From NCBI GenBank assembly GCA_951406725.2, contig OX597815.1, positions 8,184,001-8,248,000 on the forward strand: 64,000 bases of DNA, in the 5' to 3' direction. The stretch is from Octopus vulgaris (Eukaryota). Positions 12,806-25,030 of this stretch are shown one piece after another (position 1 is the first letter of the stretch; every line of letters starts with the position of its first letter). The position numbers were made by a program, and so were the translations under genes. The notes beneath the pieces were generated by a model. It saw only the letters and a list, made by a program, of their open reading frames with translations, was not told the DNA's origin and made no database searches.

Positions 12806-13249
12806 GACCAATGGTTTCAATCCCCTTTTTCAATCCGCTCAGGCATTCTCAATTACCTACCATTTTCCGATACGCCTTCATTTCTTGTGACACACCTTCT
12901 TGCCCATCATATGTGGCACATAAAGTGCTGTAGCACCGTGGTCTGACACATCCGCCTCAAACTTGTGTATTTTGCCTGAAATTTTCCATATAATAATTAA
13001 CTTTTGTACGTAGTGTGTGTGTGTGCGTGTGAGACAGAGAGAGAGAGAGAGATAGAGACAGACAGACAGACAGACAGTTAGACAGAGGGGGTAGGTGTGT
13101 ATGCGTGTGTGTATTTCGTAATCCATGTTGTTTTCGTATTTCATGTTGTTTACGTTTCATGACGTCCTGTACCTATATATGCATATATGCATATATGTAT
13201 ATATAGATATATGTAAGTATGTACATATATGTATGTATATATGCATATG

Positions 13250-13444
13250 GAAAGTAGCTTGCTTTACCAACCAAATCGTCCCGGGTTCATTCCCACTGCA
13301 TGGCACCTTGGGCAAGTGTCTTCTACTATAGCCTCGGGCCGACCAAAGCCTTGTTTGTGGATTTAGTAGACGAAAACTGAAAGAAGCCTGTCGTATATAT
13401 GTATATGTATACATATACATACATATATATATATATATAAATAA

Positions 13445-13479
<35 letters not shown>

Positions 13480-13705
13480 TGTAAGTGTGTGTATATGTTT
13501 GTGTGTCTGTGTTTGACCCCCCAACATCGCTTGACCACCGATGGTGGTGCCTTTACGTCACCGTAATTTAGCGGTTCGGCAAAAGAGACCGATAGAATAA
13601 GTACTAGGCTTACAAAGAATAAGTCATTGGATCGATTCTTTCGACTAAAAACGCTGCTCCAGCATGGCCGCAGTCAAATGACGGAAACAAGCAAAAGAAT
13701 AAAAG
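13250..13705 (+). mobile_element. SINE family A
   Basis: Matches the family A consensus; slightly 5'-truncated. Confidence 0.88.
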
Positions 13706-13739
13706 AATATTTATGGACGGGATGCTGGCCGATCGCAGG

Positions 13740-13882
13740 ATTTTGCCGTCTGAGTGAAATGGAGCCACGCAAAACGAAGTGTTTTGCTCAAGAATACAAT
13801 GCGTCGCCCGGTCTATGAATCGAAACTGAAATCTTACGATCCATGAGTCCAACACACTAAACACAAAGCCATGCGCCTCTAC
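13740..13882 (-). mobile_element. SINE family D (CORE-like), diverged 5' fragment
   Basis: tRNA-like head plus ttcttgagcaaaacactt..ctccatttcactcag on the minus strand. Confidence 0.6.
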
Positions 13883-13957
13883 ATGTTATTGTGGTTTTAG
13901 CGGCTGAATATTCCGCAAACTCCACTGTACAGATTTCATACGAGGATACATAGTACA

Positions 13958-14300
13958 TAGTGACCCCCTTCGGTCAGACACTGACCATGGGTTTGCACCT
14001 AGAGAGTTACTCTCTGAGACACAAGTCTGGGCAAGGTCGTTTTATTAGAAGACCAGTAGTCGCCCATGCATACCGGCCTCCCCTCTCCACGCCACTGATG
14101 TTATCCAAGGGAAAGGCAAAGGGGCCGATACAGCTTGGCACCTGTGACGTCGCAACTCATTTCTACAGCTGAGTGAACTGGAGCAACGTGAAATAAAGTG
14201 TCTTGCTCAAGAACACAACACGCAGCCCGGTCCGGGATTCGAGCTCACAACCTCACGATCGTAAGCTCGACGCTCTAACCACTGAGCCACGCGCCTCCAC
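13958..14300 (-). mobile_element. SINE family D (tRNA head plus CORE-like domain)
   Basis: Minus strand: ggaggcgcgtggctcagtggttagagc...cgaatccc, then gtgttcttgagcaagacactt..ccagttcactcagctgtagaaatgagt, resembling the CORE domain. Confidence 0.8.
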
Positions 14301-14584
14301 TCCTTCATACGAGGATAAGGTAGTAAATAATTATCAAAGGTGCTACGCTATGGAAAAGAACCGAGGACCTCTTAATTTTTGTGAAACGAAATCCTTAACT
14401 CTCAGGATGCACCGTTAATGACTACTACACTACATCACAACATGGATTTACCACTGCAAAACCATTCTTATACAACAAATTCTCACCACACGTCGCTTAT
14501 ATATACATTCCCACTACTACAACCATTACTAAATAGTATAAACAATTCCAGCCACCAGTAAAATCACCTCCAGACTACTTTGAT

Positions 14585-14970
14585 CACCACCACCACCACC
14601 AACCACAACCACCACCACCATCACCACAACCACCACCACCACCACCATCACCATCATCACCATCGCCACCGCTATCACCATTATTACCACAGCCACCATC
14701 ACCACCACTATCACCACCATCACCACCATCACCACCGCCATCACTACCACCACCACTATCACCACCACTATCACCACCACCACCACCATCATCACCACCA
14801 CCACCATCACCATCACCACCACCACCACCACCATCACTACCACCACCACTATCACCTCAAACTGTTACTTAATTTATCTACCACAACCACCACCACCACC
14901 ATGACCATCACTACTGCTATCACTACCACCACCACCATCACCACCGCCACCATCGCCACCATCACACCTA
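14585..14970 (+). repeat. (ACC/ATC)n low-complexity tract
   Basis: Mixed cac/cat triplets; source of the poly-His/Thr/Val ORFs. Confidence 0.93.
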
Positions 14971-15367
14971 TAATTACCCGAACGACCGCCAGTTTCTCCG
15001 GGGGGTTTAGTATTATGTAATAAAAAGGGGGCGGGGCGGGGCGTCGCATGATGTAAGAGCAGCTCACACGCAGAAAGACACTCGCCAGGGGGCAGGTCGA
15101 GCAAACAAAGAAACATCACCAGATCAATGTAATAACGTCTGGGGGGAACCAGTGCAGGGTGCAACAGACTAAAACAACGGTCCAGGTCTTCCATTTTGTT
15201 TTTCTTTTTTCATTATTAGTTAAAGGGCGAACAAGACTGTCTTTGAGGAATGACATTTTTGTATAAGTACAGTAGAAGGTGAGGGTTAAGATGACAAAGC
15301 AGTTGTTCCTCCTCCTCCTCCCCTTCCTGCTGCTCCTGCTGCTACTGCTGTCGTCCTCGTTGTTAAG

Positions 15368-15853
15368 GCGGCGAGCTGGCAGAAACGTTAGCAACCATGT
15401 AGTTTTGAGTTCAATCTCACCGTACAGCACTTTGATCAGGAGTCTTCCACTGTGTAACCCTCAAACCAACCAATGCCTCGTGAGTAAATTTGGCAGACAG
15501 AAACATTGTGGGCAATCTTTCGTTGTGTATGTGTTTGTTTGTTTGTACCCCACCATTTCTTGACAACCAGTGTTGGTTTGTTTATGTCCCTGTAACTTAT
15601 TGGCTAAAGAGACTAATAGAATAAGTACCAGGCGGCAAGCTAGCAGAAATGTTAGCACGCCGGGCGATGCGTAGCCGTATTTCGTCTGCCGTTACGTTCC
15701 GAGTTCAAATTCCACCGAGGTCGACTTTGCCTTTCATCCTTTCGGGGTCGATTAAATTAAGTACCAGTTACGCACTGGGGTCGATGTAATCGACTTAATC
15801 CGTTTGTTTGTCCTCTCTGTGTTTAGCCCCTTGTGGGTAGTAAAGAAATAGGT
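15368..15853 (+). mobile_element. Composite of SINE B head, decayed SINE A and a full SINE B (15631-15853)
   Basis: ggcggcgagctggcagaaacgttagc joined to a diverged family A body, then a full family B copy ending aaagaaataggt. Confidence 0.75.
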
Positions 15854-15854
15854 G

Positions 15855-16872
15855 TTTCCTCCTTCTTCATGTTCTGAGATAAAATTCCGTATTTGTAAGT
15901 CAAAAACAAAATAGAATTGGGGGGAAAGGAATTTGAGGATCTCATCCGCAAAACCTCTAAGGACAGACTCTTAATTAAAGACGTCATCAGACGTTTATAA
16001 AAACAATAAAACAAAAAATTCCGTGTAGTTCATTTTTTTTTTGTAAATGCAGTTGATAAAAGGCTGTTGGAAGGGCCAGTAGAGAGGCCCGGAATTTCCG
16101 GGCTTCTCGAAAATCAAAGTGAGTAACCACCTCTTTTTCTTTCTCCGACTAGCATAGCTGTGCTGAGAATGGGATGTGTGAATGTGTGTGACCTGGAATC
16201 AGCTTGGAAGCCAGATCACTTGCTCAATGATATCAGGTCGCTTGAGTTAGATGTGGCTGCCATTAGTGAAACAAGCATCTCCGGGAAACACGCTCTATCA
16301 TCCATTTTCGATGACTACGAGTTATTTTCATCTTGTGGTCTATCGGGCGCGGTTGGCGGTGTAGCAGTCCTACTCCGGAAATCCTTAGATCTCTAAGTAC
16401 GGCTATCTTCCTGGACCCGGATGGTGGTTCTGGACGTGAATGGCAGCGAAGATGGCGCCTTTAGACTGGTGGCCGTTTATGTCCCAACAGGGGCTGGGAC
16501 GCCAGATTTCTTCAGATGTCTGGAAACATTGTTGGGAACGTCTCACGCTTTATTACTAGTGGAAGTTGCGAAAATGGCGAGAGTGGATGGTACCACTCTT
16601 CAATGTAAACATGTGAGTCGGAAGAAAGGAGTTGGAGAGGGCACTTGTCCTCGGTATTCAGGATATCTTGGATGGTAGGGTTCCTCGATTATCCCTAGAG
16701 GTCCTCCTGTAACAGGGGGACCCCATAACTATGACTTTTTTTCCAGTCTTGTATGCGATGTATATTTCCCTTCTAATGTTTTATTTTTATAATCATTCCA
16801 TCTTATGTAAAACCCCACACTTTATATCTGTCTTTGTATTACCCTTATCCTTCGCCCAGGTGGCAAATAAAT
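15855..16872 (+). mobile_element. Tx1/L1-clade LINE relic: AP-endonuclease domain joined to an apparent 3' end
   Basis: ORFs 16160..16396 and 16421..: GCVNV..L, DVAAISET, GGVAVLLRK, FRLVAVYVP, DFFRCLE. These are classic L1/Tx1 APE motifs. The sequence then jumps abruptly to a C-terminal/3'-UTR-like segment ending aataaa. Confidence 0.8.
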
Positions 16873-16927
16873 TATCATCATCATCATCATTATTATTATT
16901 AATATATATATATATTCGTTTGATAGC

Positions 16928-16982
<55 letters not shown>

Positions 16983-16991
16983 GTAGATAGG

Positions 16992-17054
<63 letters not shown>

Positions 17055-17115
17055 GTAGGTAGGTAGGTAGGTAGGTAGGTAGGTAGGTAGGTAGGTAGGT
17101 AGGTAGGTAGGTAGG
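16928..17115 (+). repeat. (GATA)n/(GGTA)n microsatellite
   Basis: Tetranucleotide array that shifts from gata to ggta. Confidence 0.97.
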
Positions 17116-18099
17116 GGGGTGGATGGAGATAAATAAATTCAGTTAAACCGATAGTATTACCAACTGAAGAGTCTAATAAACAAAGTTGTGAAATGTAACA
17201 CCGTGTTGGCGGCCATCTTTGATGTTCAACGGAAATCTTTTATCTGACTTCTTAATAAGCCTTTCTCTTTTCTCTTCTCTCGTTCAGTATGTGCTAGCGC
17301 GTGTCTGTTACGTATCTATGTGTATGTGTGTGTTGAGCGTATTTATCTGTAAGTATAGGCGTGTGTGTGTGTGTTTTTGTGTGTGTTTTATGTTCGTGTG
17401 TGTGTGTCTGTCTGTCTGTATCTGTGTCTGTGTGTGATTGTGTCTGTGTGGGCGGCATTTATATGTTTGCTGTATATTTTTACGGCTTTGCTGCAACTAA
17501 GACCGTAGCCTCAGTTATCTTTCATGTCGACCCGCCGCTTCTTAAGATAATTCTATTACTACGGTGTAGTCTGCTCCACATGACACAGTCGTTAGAGCAG
17601 CTTACATGTTTAGACACAGGTGGGCACTGATTGAGCAGAAGCATGACCAAAGACATTCCATCCGTCACCATCTCGCCTTTTTGTTGTTCGGTCCAGTATA
17701 CGAAGTTTCAAATTATTTAGTTAACTAGAAAAATCTGAAAAATCTGGCCTTCAAAATGAAAAGATCCGTTCAGTCCCTTATGAGACTTGATTGAAAAGTC
17801 TTCAGTAAAACAGGCAAGCGATCCACCTTTTTTCTTTCTTTAATTCTTTGATAGTGTGCATATAGAACCACTTCTTACAACAAAGAGGATTTTAATCGGT
17901 TGTTTCAACCTTCAGTTCGATCAATCACCCAATTAGTGCGGAGAATTAACCAATCGATGCGGTAAGTTACCTGTTTGGTGCACTGGGTCATAAAGTATTA
18001 ATATATGGTGTAGTTCACTGTACTGAGTCTTTAACCAAAACACTTCGCCATCAACAATCCCAGGCCAATTGACTGTCAATAGATACCACAGTGTGGTGT

Positions 18100-18486
18100 G
18101 TGGAAGCACTCCATCGGTTACGACGACGAGGGTTCCGGTTGATCCGAATCAACGGAACAGCCTGCTCGTGAAATTAACGTGTAAGTGGCTGAGCACTCCA
18201 CAGACACGTGTACCCTTAACGTAGTTCTCGGGGATATTCAGCGTGACACAGAGAGTGACAAGGCCGGCCCTTTGAAATACAGGTACAACAGAAACAGGAA
18301 ATAAGAGTGAGAGAAAGTTGTGGTGAAAGAGTACAGCAGGGATCACCACCATCCCCTGCCGGAGCCTCGTGGAGCTTTTTAGGTGTTTTCGCTCAATAAA
18401 CACTCACAACGCCCGGTCTAGGAATCGAAACCGCGATCCTATGACCGCGAGTCCGCTGCCCTAACCACTGGACCATTGCGCCTCCA
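18100..18486 (-). mobile_element. SINE family C, tail type 1, full length with TSD
   Basis: TSD cacagtgtggt at 18087-18097 and 18487-18497. Confidence 0.93.
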
Positions 18487-18741
18487 CACAGTGTGGTATA
18501 GTTTACTGTAGTGTCTATAACCGAGACACCGCAATCAACACACCGAGCTACATCGCTGTCAACAGGTTACACAGTGTGATATCGTCCACTGATGTAAGCA
18601 GTGGGAGCAATGGAAACATTACTGAGTTACTTAATCGTTATTTTGCAATAGCTTGCTATCTAAGGTTAGCTCTCCTTAAAGTTTTACAAATAGCAGATAC
18701 ATATTTTTAATGGGCGCTTATGATCCCGCATAAGATAATGT

Positions 18742-19173
18742 GGATCTTTTCGGTTGAACCGCAGTTTTTAACATAATTTCTAGATAACTAAAAAATTTAA
18801 AACTTCGTATACTTGTAGAATGTGTTTATAAAACATCTTTTTCTTTTGGCTTTATAGAGAAAATTCTATAGTTTGTAAGATATTTGTTGTTGTTTTTTCT
18901 TCAATTTCTGCAATTTCAACCAATCAGTGACGTCTATTGAGTTAAAAGCATTCTGTGCCATATGAATATGTCCCTCGTTTAAGAAACAGATTGGGTTTAT
19001 TTACATTTGTGAAGAAAAAGAAGATACCCTCCCCCCACCCCTAACCCTAACCCTAACTAACCCTAATCCCAAAACAGATTGAAATGCAATAAATCGATAC
19101 TAGGGTCATAATTATGGGTGACAATTTCATATGACACCGCTAGAAAAAACTGCCGTTGAAACCGAAAAGATCC
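18742..19173 (+). mobile_element. Unclassified TIR element (GGATCTTTTCGGTT termini) with internal (TAACCC)n
   Basis: ~28-bp TIR and telomere-like repeats at about 19040-19070. Related pieces at 17700-17767, 19470-19715, 20659-20752, 43060-43298 and 47240-47478. Confidence 0.8.
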
Positions 19174-19469
19174 AAGAAATGATTGGGGACTAAAAGTCAA
19201 AGGTAAGGGATTCCTAAAAGCACGATCGTTTCTTTTTCTTTTTCTTTTTTTTTTTTTTCCTAAACATTCTGTGCTGAAATGAAGTAGGGTGTCTAGATAG
19301 ATCTTATTTTAGGTTGTAAATAAGTGAAAGCCATGAAAATCAAATCCAAATGTGACGACAGTAACATTGAGAAAATGAAAGTCGCTGAAATGAAGTGACA
19401 ATCTCTCTCTATATAAACGGCAAAATGTCTGTGTGTGTGTGTATGTGTGTGCATCCTTTGTAAATATAC

Positions 19470-19715
19470 CCAATCTGTTTCTTAAACGAGGGACATATTC
19501 ATACGGCACAGAATATTTTCACCTCAATAGACATCATTGATTGGTTGAAATTGCAGAAATTGAAGAAAAAAACAACAAATATCTTACAAACTATAGAATT
19601 TTCCCAATAAAGCCAAGAGAAAAATATGTTTTATAAACACATTCTACGAAGTTTAAAAGTGTTTAGTTACGTGGAAATTATTTTTAAAAAACTGCCGGTC
19701 AAACCGAAAAGATCC
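19470..19715 (-). mobile_element. GGATC-TIR family, partial inverted copy
   Basis: Reverse complement of about 18742-18990. Confidence 0.8.
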
Positions 19716-20343
19716 CATTTCTTTTCTCATTTTTGTTGTCATGCGTATACCAACTAAAGGAAAACTGGAGCTCACATGTTCATTTATCATAAAAACACCG
19801 GGGATTTTTATACGATGTAATTTACATTTAAAATATCGTGCCTGACATGCTTCCACCACTCGGTAGTGGTTATTTACGACTATGGATATCAAGGAAAAAA
19901 GTGGGATGTTGAAAGGAGTCATTTGCAATTAAAATATCATACATGAATAAATGCTTAGCTATAGCAAAAGAAGAACTTTAAGAAGCAAGTCAGAAGTATT
20001 TCTCTATTGAAAATAAAAGCAGAAGTCAACACAGCAGAAGTCCTTTACAATTACTACATCATGCATGAATATCATACGCGTAAATTATGCTATACGGGCA
20101 CGTACCTGCATACGTATGTATGTATGAGTGGTATGTATTTGTGTGGGGGTATGTATTTGTGTGTGTATTTGTGTGTGTGTGTGCGAGTGTAAACTCAGAA
20201 GCCAGCTTATTTTGAGAGTTAGAATAAGAATAACTACATATAACATCTGTGATAAACACCCAAATAAATACGGTATAGGACCTGGACTCTCCTGATTTCA
20301 CTACCTTTGAAAATTGTAAACAAATTTGTAACCGGTCAAGGAA

Positions 20344-20643
20344 TCTTTATATATAAAAGTGAAGTTGTGTGTCTGTCTCCTACGATTTAGGTTCCTAACT
20401 ACTCCCACATTTTGCGGTGCAGTTTAACCAAATCCGGGTATCTTATAGTCGTGATTCATATCGAGCCCTTCTGGGTATTAGCGCGCGTCTACGATGAGTC
20501 TACGATTAAAAAAAAAAAATTACCATCATTTTTTTCCATTTTAATGCCCTTTTTTTGCTATTATATAAGGGAAGTAACTCTCTAAAAATGCTTATATAGT
20601 TATTTCCCTTACAAACCCGAGAAACGCCGGGCGATACTGCTAG
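20344..20643 (+). mobile_element. Non-autonomous Helitron, subfamily H2
   Basis: 5'-TC start, 3' acgccgggcgatactgCTAG|T. Second copy at about 28897-29290. Confidence 0.82.
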
Positions 20644-20658
20644 TTGTAAATAAATTTC

Positions 20659-20752
20659 GGATCTTTTCGGTTTGAATGGCAGGTCATAATTATGGGTGAC
20701 AATTTCATATGATACCGCTAGAAAAAAACTGCCGTTCAAACCGAAAAGATCC
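20659..20752 (+). mobile_element. 94-bp internally deleted GGATC-TIR mini-element
   Basis: Both TIRs present, joined by the 3' subterminal part of 18742-19173. Confidence 0.8.
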
Positions 20753-21837
20753 CGTTGCTTCAACATGGCCGCAGTCCAGGGACAGAAACAACTAAAAAGA
20801 AAATGAAAATCATCAACACCCAAAGTTTCAGTCCCTCATTGTAAAGTGGAAGGTGTGTTACATGCAAAGTGTTCTACAGGATCTCCAGATAAATTGTACT
20901 GTTTATGACACTCTTGATTCGATATATGGAATCAACCTCTTTTCCACAAATGCAACCTCAAACCCTAATATTACGAGCATCATACCTATTTCTTTACTAC
21001 CCACATGGGGCTAAACACAGAAGGGAGAAACAAGGACAGACAAATGGATTAAGTGGATTATATCGACCCCAGTTTAATTGGTGTAACATTAGTGAATATG
21101 AATTCTCATCAACAGCATGTTTTAAATATATATACTGTGCTCCCAGCGTTTTGGTGGGGACATTAAAAATTATTGATTAAGAGTGTATATATATTCAGCC
21201 AGTCTGTGATAATGTTAGATTGTCTCCACACCTGTTGCCCGAAAACCTGAAATTAAGTAAATAACTGACACAGGCCCTATGGCTTCATACACATACATAA
21301 CCAGGCATACATTTACACACAAACAGACATCTAGACGCGTATATACACAGCGCATATACACACACAATCATAGACACGTATATTTACACATGTCTACACA
21401 CGTCTGCAGACATACACATAAATACATACGCTCACACATGCCCACACGTGAAATACGTGTATACTTTCACGCAGGTTATATACACACGCACGTCCACACG
21501 TCTACGAATATACACTCACATACACGTTTTCATAGATATATAGATACTCACTCGTGCGCCCACACAAGTCTGTAAACAAACACATCTACAAAAACACGCA
21601 CGTACACACACTGACACACAGACACCATAAAGTCAGAGTGAAAGAGTAAACATATAAGAGCAGACATTCAAGTAAATAGACCAAACACCGGCTAATTAAC
21701 TCTAATAATTGAGATGTGATATGTTTAATTAGTGGTAGAGCTAACACTCTGCCCGTTTTTATACAACCTTTGATGTACGACAACTGTACAGACGAAGACT
21801 GTTGACTAAACAGCTGGAGGAAGTGACCCTCTCACCC

Positions 21838-22438
21838 TACCTATTTCTTTACTGCCCACAAGGGGCTACACACGGAGGAGACAAACAAGGACAGACAGCC
21901 GGATTAAGTCGGTTACATCGACCCCAGTGCGTAACTGGTACTTAATTCATCGACCCCGAAAGGATGAAAGGCAAAGTCGACCTCGGCGGAATTTGAACTC
22001 AGAACGTAGCGGCAGACGAAATACCTATTTCTTTACTGCCCACAAGGGGCTAAACATAGAGGGGACAAACAAGGACAGACAGCCGGATTAAGTCGATCAC
22101 ATCGACCCCAGTGCGTAACTGGTACTTAATTCATCGACCCCGAAAGGATGAAAGGCAAAGTCGACCTCGGCGGAATTTGAACTCAGAACGTAACGGCAGG
22201 TGGAATACCTATTTCTTTACTACCCACAAGGGGCTACACACAGAGGGTACAAATGAGGACAGACAAACGGATTAAGTCGATTACATCGACCCCAGTGCAT
22301 AACTGGTACTTATTTAATCGACCTCGAAAGCATGAAAGGCAAAGTCTACCTCGGCGGAATTTGAACTCAGAACGTAACGGCAGACGAAATACGACTACGC
22401 ATTTCGCCCGGTGTGCTAACGATTCTGCCAGCTCGCCA
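21838..22438 (-). mobile_element. SINE family B concatemer (one head, three ~184-bp bodies)
   Basis: Units at about 21838-22022, 22023-22206 and 22207-22438, with junctions reading aagaaata|ggtatt on the minus strand. Confidence 0.92.
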
Positions 22439-22799
22439 CCTAACCTACCATCACCTTGGAAGAGCAGTTTACCCACCTTCACAGTGTCGGCAATATAACC
22501 TCCCGGTAATCTTTCGTGCAACGTATGGTATGAAAGCTTTGTGAACTTTCATATTGTAGCCAATCTCTACCACGAAGAATCCTCCTGGATGCTACTCTTC
22601 AAACATGACAGTCGCCACTAACGACTTGTAGACGAAGCCTTTGCGTTATCAGCAAGAGTCACACATTCATTGCTCAAACACACATATGAGCGTGAATAAG
22701 CAGATTTCTCCAGGAGTCTTGAAGATCTCGTCTTCATTCCAGCCTGTCACCACACTCTGGCGGCTAGGGGTGCTTCACAATATTCTGGGTGGGCACTAA

Positions 22800-23008
22800 T
22801 TTGTATTGCGGGAAGGTTTTTGTAAACTGTATTTTCTAAATCTGAGGGTGCACCGTTGAATAATGAGGAAGCAATGTCGTCCAATGCAATCCCTTAGCAA
22901 CGAACATGTCTCCATTATGCTCATACGAAACGCCACACATCTAGTTCGTATCCGTATCGAACTATCAATCTTTTTGTCTGTTTCTCTCAAAAGGAATCTA
23001 TTCCAAAT
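22800..23008. repeat. Left arm of a ~210-bp inverted repeat (partner 24825-25030)
   Basis: Reverse complement of 24825-25030 with only scattered mismatches; the ORF track gives near-identical peptides on opposite strands. Confidence 0.92.
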
Positions 23009-23134
23009 CATGGAAACCACTCAACTGTCTGTCCTGTTCCCGAAGCTTCCATGGCTCTACCGACTCTCAACTTAACAATTTCACTGCTAATATCACGAAT
23101 GTTATGAAAATAGCCGCAAACAATAATATCTTTA

Positions 23135-23349
23135 AGAAACACACAAAAGCACGGATTTTTGTCAGTGAACAGGTCGCGGTCTGAAAGCGAGGAAAATATT
23201 TTGACAAATTAAACTTAAATGTTGAAGTGAATCGAACGGCTTTTGTGTGTTTCTTAAATGGCTTATAAACACCTTCCACGCTGCAATTGTTTTCGTTCCA
23301 GCACACGACACGATCTCAGATCAAATCACTTGCTATGCAAGTACATCTC
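23135..23349. mobile_element. 215-bp insertion with 14-bp TSD, Penelope-like
   Basis: TSD caataatatcttta at 23121-23134 and 23350-23363. Internal inverted repeat aagaaacacacaaaagc/gcttttgtgtgtttctt. Hammerhead-like geometry with a variant core at 23159-23207. Confidence 0.6.
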
Positions 23350-24780
23350 CAATAATATCTTTATCAGTTACAATATCTCTCTCTTTTCACAAACCATTAA
23401 TACGGTTTCCATAGATCCAGCTATCAAAGAATGCGTTTCAGACAGCAACACATGAGTGGTTTCTGGTCCTTGTGAAAGCAATGTTATAACCATATTGACA
23501 TAAGCAAAACCTGCGCCTGTCTTTTACACAAGATCTTCACATCTCTCTATGGGCTTCACCTATCTTTTGTCTTACTGAATAAAAAGTTTCCTCCTCATCA
23601 CACTTTGCATCGACAGAGCTTTGTGCCACTCCCACCCTATTAACTTTAAGTGTTCCAAAGTTTAGTAGTATCTTCAAAACCATTCCTCTTCTATACGTCA
23701 ACGACCAACTCACTGTCAAATTTAACCACACAAATATTCCTGCATGGATCATACCATTCTTTATTCCTCGTTAAACCATTTACATACAGGCCTCAACACA
23801 ACTACCTCATGGCAAAACTTGTACCTCTTCCATGAAAACAGACTTCAATAACAAACCTCTTTTAATGACGACATGATAAATTAGTATCTCTCCCCCACCT
23901 CTCTCTTTCTTTCGTTCCAAGAATCTCTTTCAATTTACTCTGATCTTGTTTTTTCATCCAATATCTTAAAGACGATGAGATAAAAAAAAAGGCAGTCATA
24001 AGCAACAAATTCCTTCATCATCCAGGCTCCCTCATTTCCTTCTCAATCACCATAATTACGCTTTCCGTAGAATCAGAACAAAAACTTGCTTTTCGCTTTG
24101 TAGATCCTCGGCGAAAGCAAAACCGATGTTCCGCTCATACAAGAAGAGAAAAAACTTTCAAGGGCAAAACGCTGGTGCTAAAACGAGTGATAGACTAAGT
24201 CTGATACTCCAAAAATAGCAACGATTTCTTCACTCAGTTTTCGTCAAACAAATTTCACTCACAAAGACTTAGTCGACATCGGGCTGTAGTAGAGAACACT
24301 TGACGCACAAAGGGCTCGAACCCAAAACTATATCGTTGTGGAATGAACTTGTTTACCACACAGACAAACTAAGGCCGTGGGTACAGCTATCCACTTTTCC
24401 CACGAATAGGAAACACTAAAAACAATCTTAATCAGCATAAAAACATAACATAACATATATCAAAGCATAAATTCATTACAATTAAAGGATTAAAGAGATT
24501 TCTCAGCAGATTAAAGTAGAAAAGACACTAATATATAAACATTGTAATGAAGGAATGCAAAGGGAGGAGATAGCAATTAAGTCTAGAGGGAAATCACAAT
24601 GCTGCTTACATTTCACACAGGACACCGTGTTTAGGTCATGAGGAAAGGGCAGTGCTCATGACCCCTGCAGGTCACCACAGACTAGTGAGATTGACGCGGT
24701 TAAAGTTCAGCACGAATATCAAGAAGTTCATGACTAAAAAAAATACACACAGAATTCTCTAAAATTCGCATTCAGTCAAA

Positions 24781-24844
24781 GAATGGATTCCTTTTGGAAT
24801 GGATTCCTTTTGGAATGGATTCCTTTTGGAATGGATTCCTTTTG
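24781..24844 (+). repeat. 16-bp tandem repeat (gaatggattccttttg) x4
   Basis: Four exact units at the inner edge of the right inverted-repeat arm. Confidence 0.93.
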
Positions 24845-25030
24845 AGAGAAACAGACAAAAAGATTGATAGTTCGATACGGATATGAACTAGATGTGTGGA
24901 GTTTCGTATGAGCACAATGGAGACATGTTCGTTGCTAAGGGATTGCAATGGACGACATTGCTTCCTCACTATTCAACGGTGTACCCTCAGATTTAGAAAA
25001 TACAGTTTACAAAAACCTTCCCGCAATACG
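24825..25030. repeat. Right arm of the ~210-bp inverted repeat
   Basis: Reverse complement of 22800-23008. Confidence 0.92.

Noticed and set aside
19040-19070. Interstitial telomere or chromosome-fusion scar
   Set aside because: Only a few TAACCC units, located inside a TIR element.
21838-22438. Regularly spaced repeats superficially like a CRISPR array
   Set aside because: The units are whole SINE bodies with no unique spacers; the context is eukaryotic and has no cas genes.
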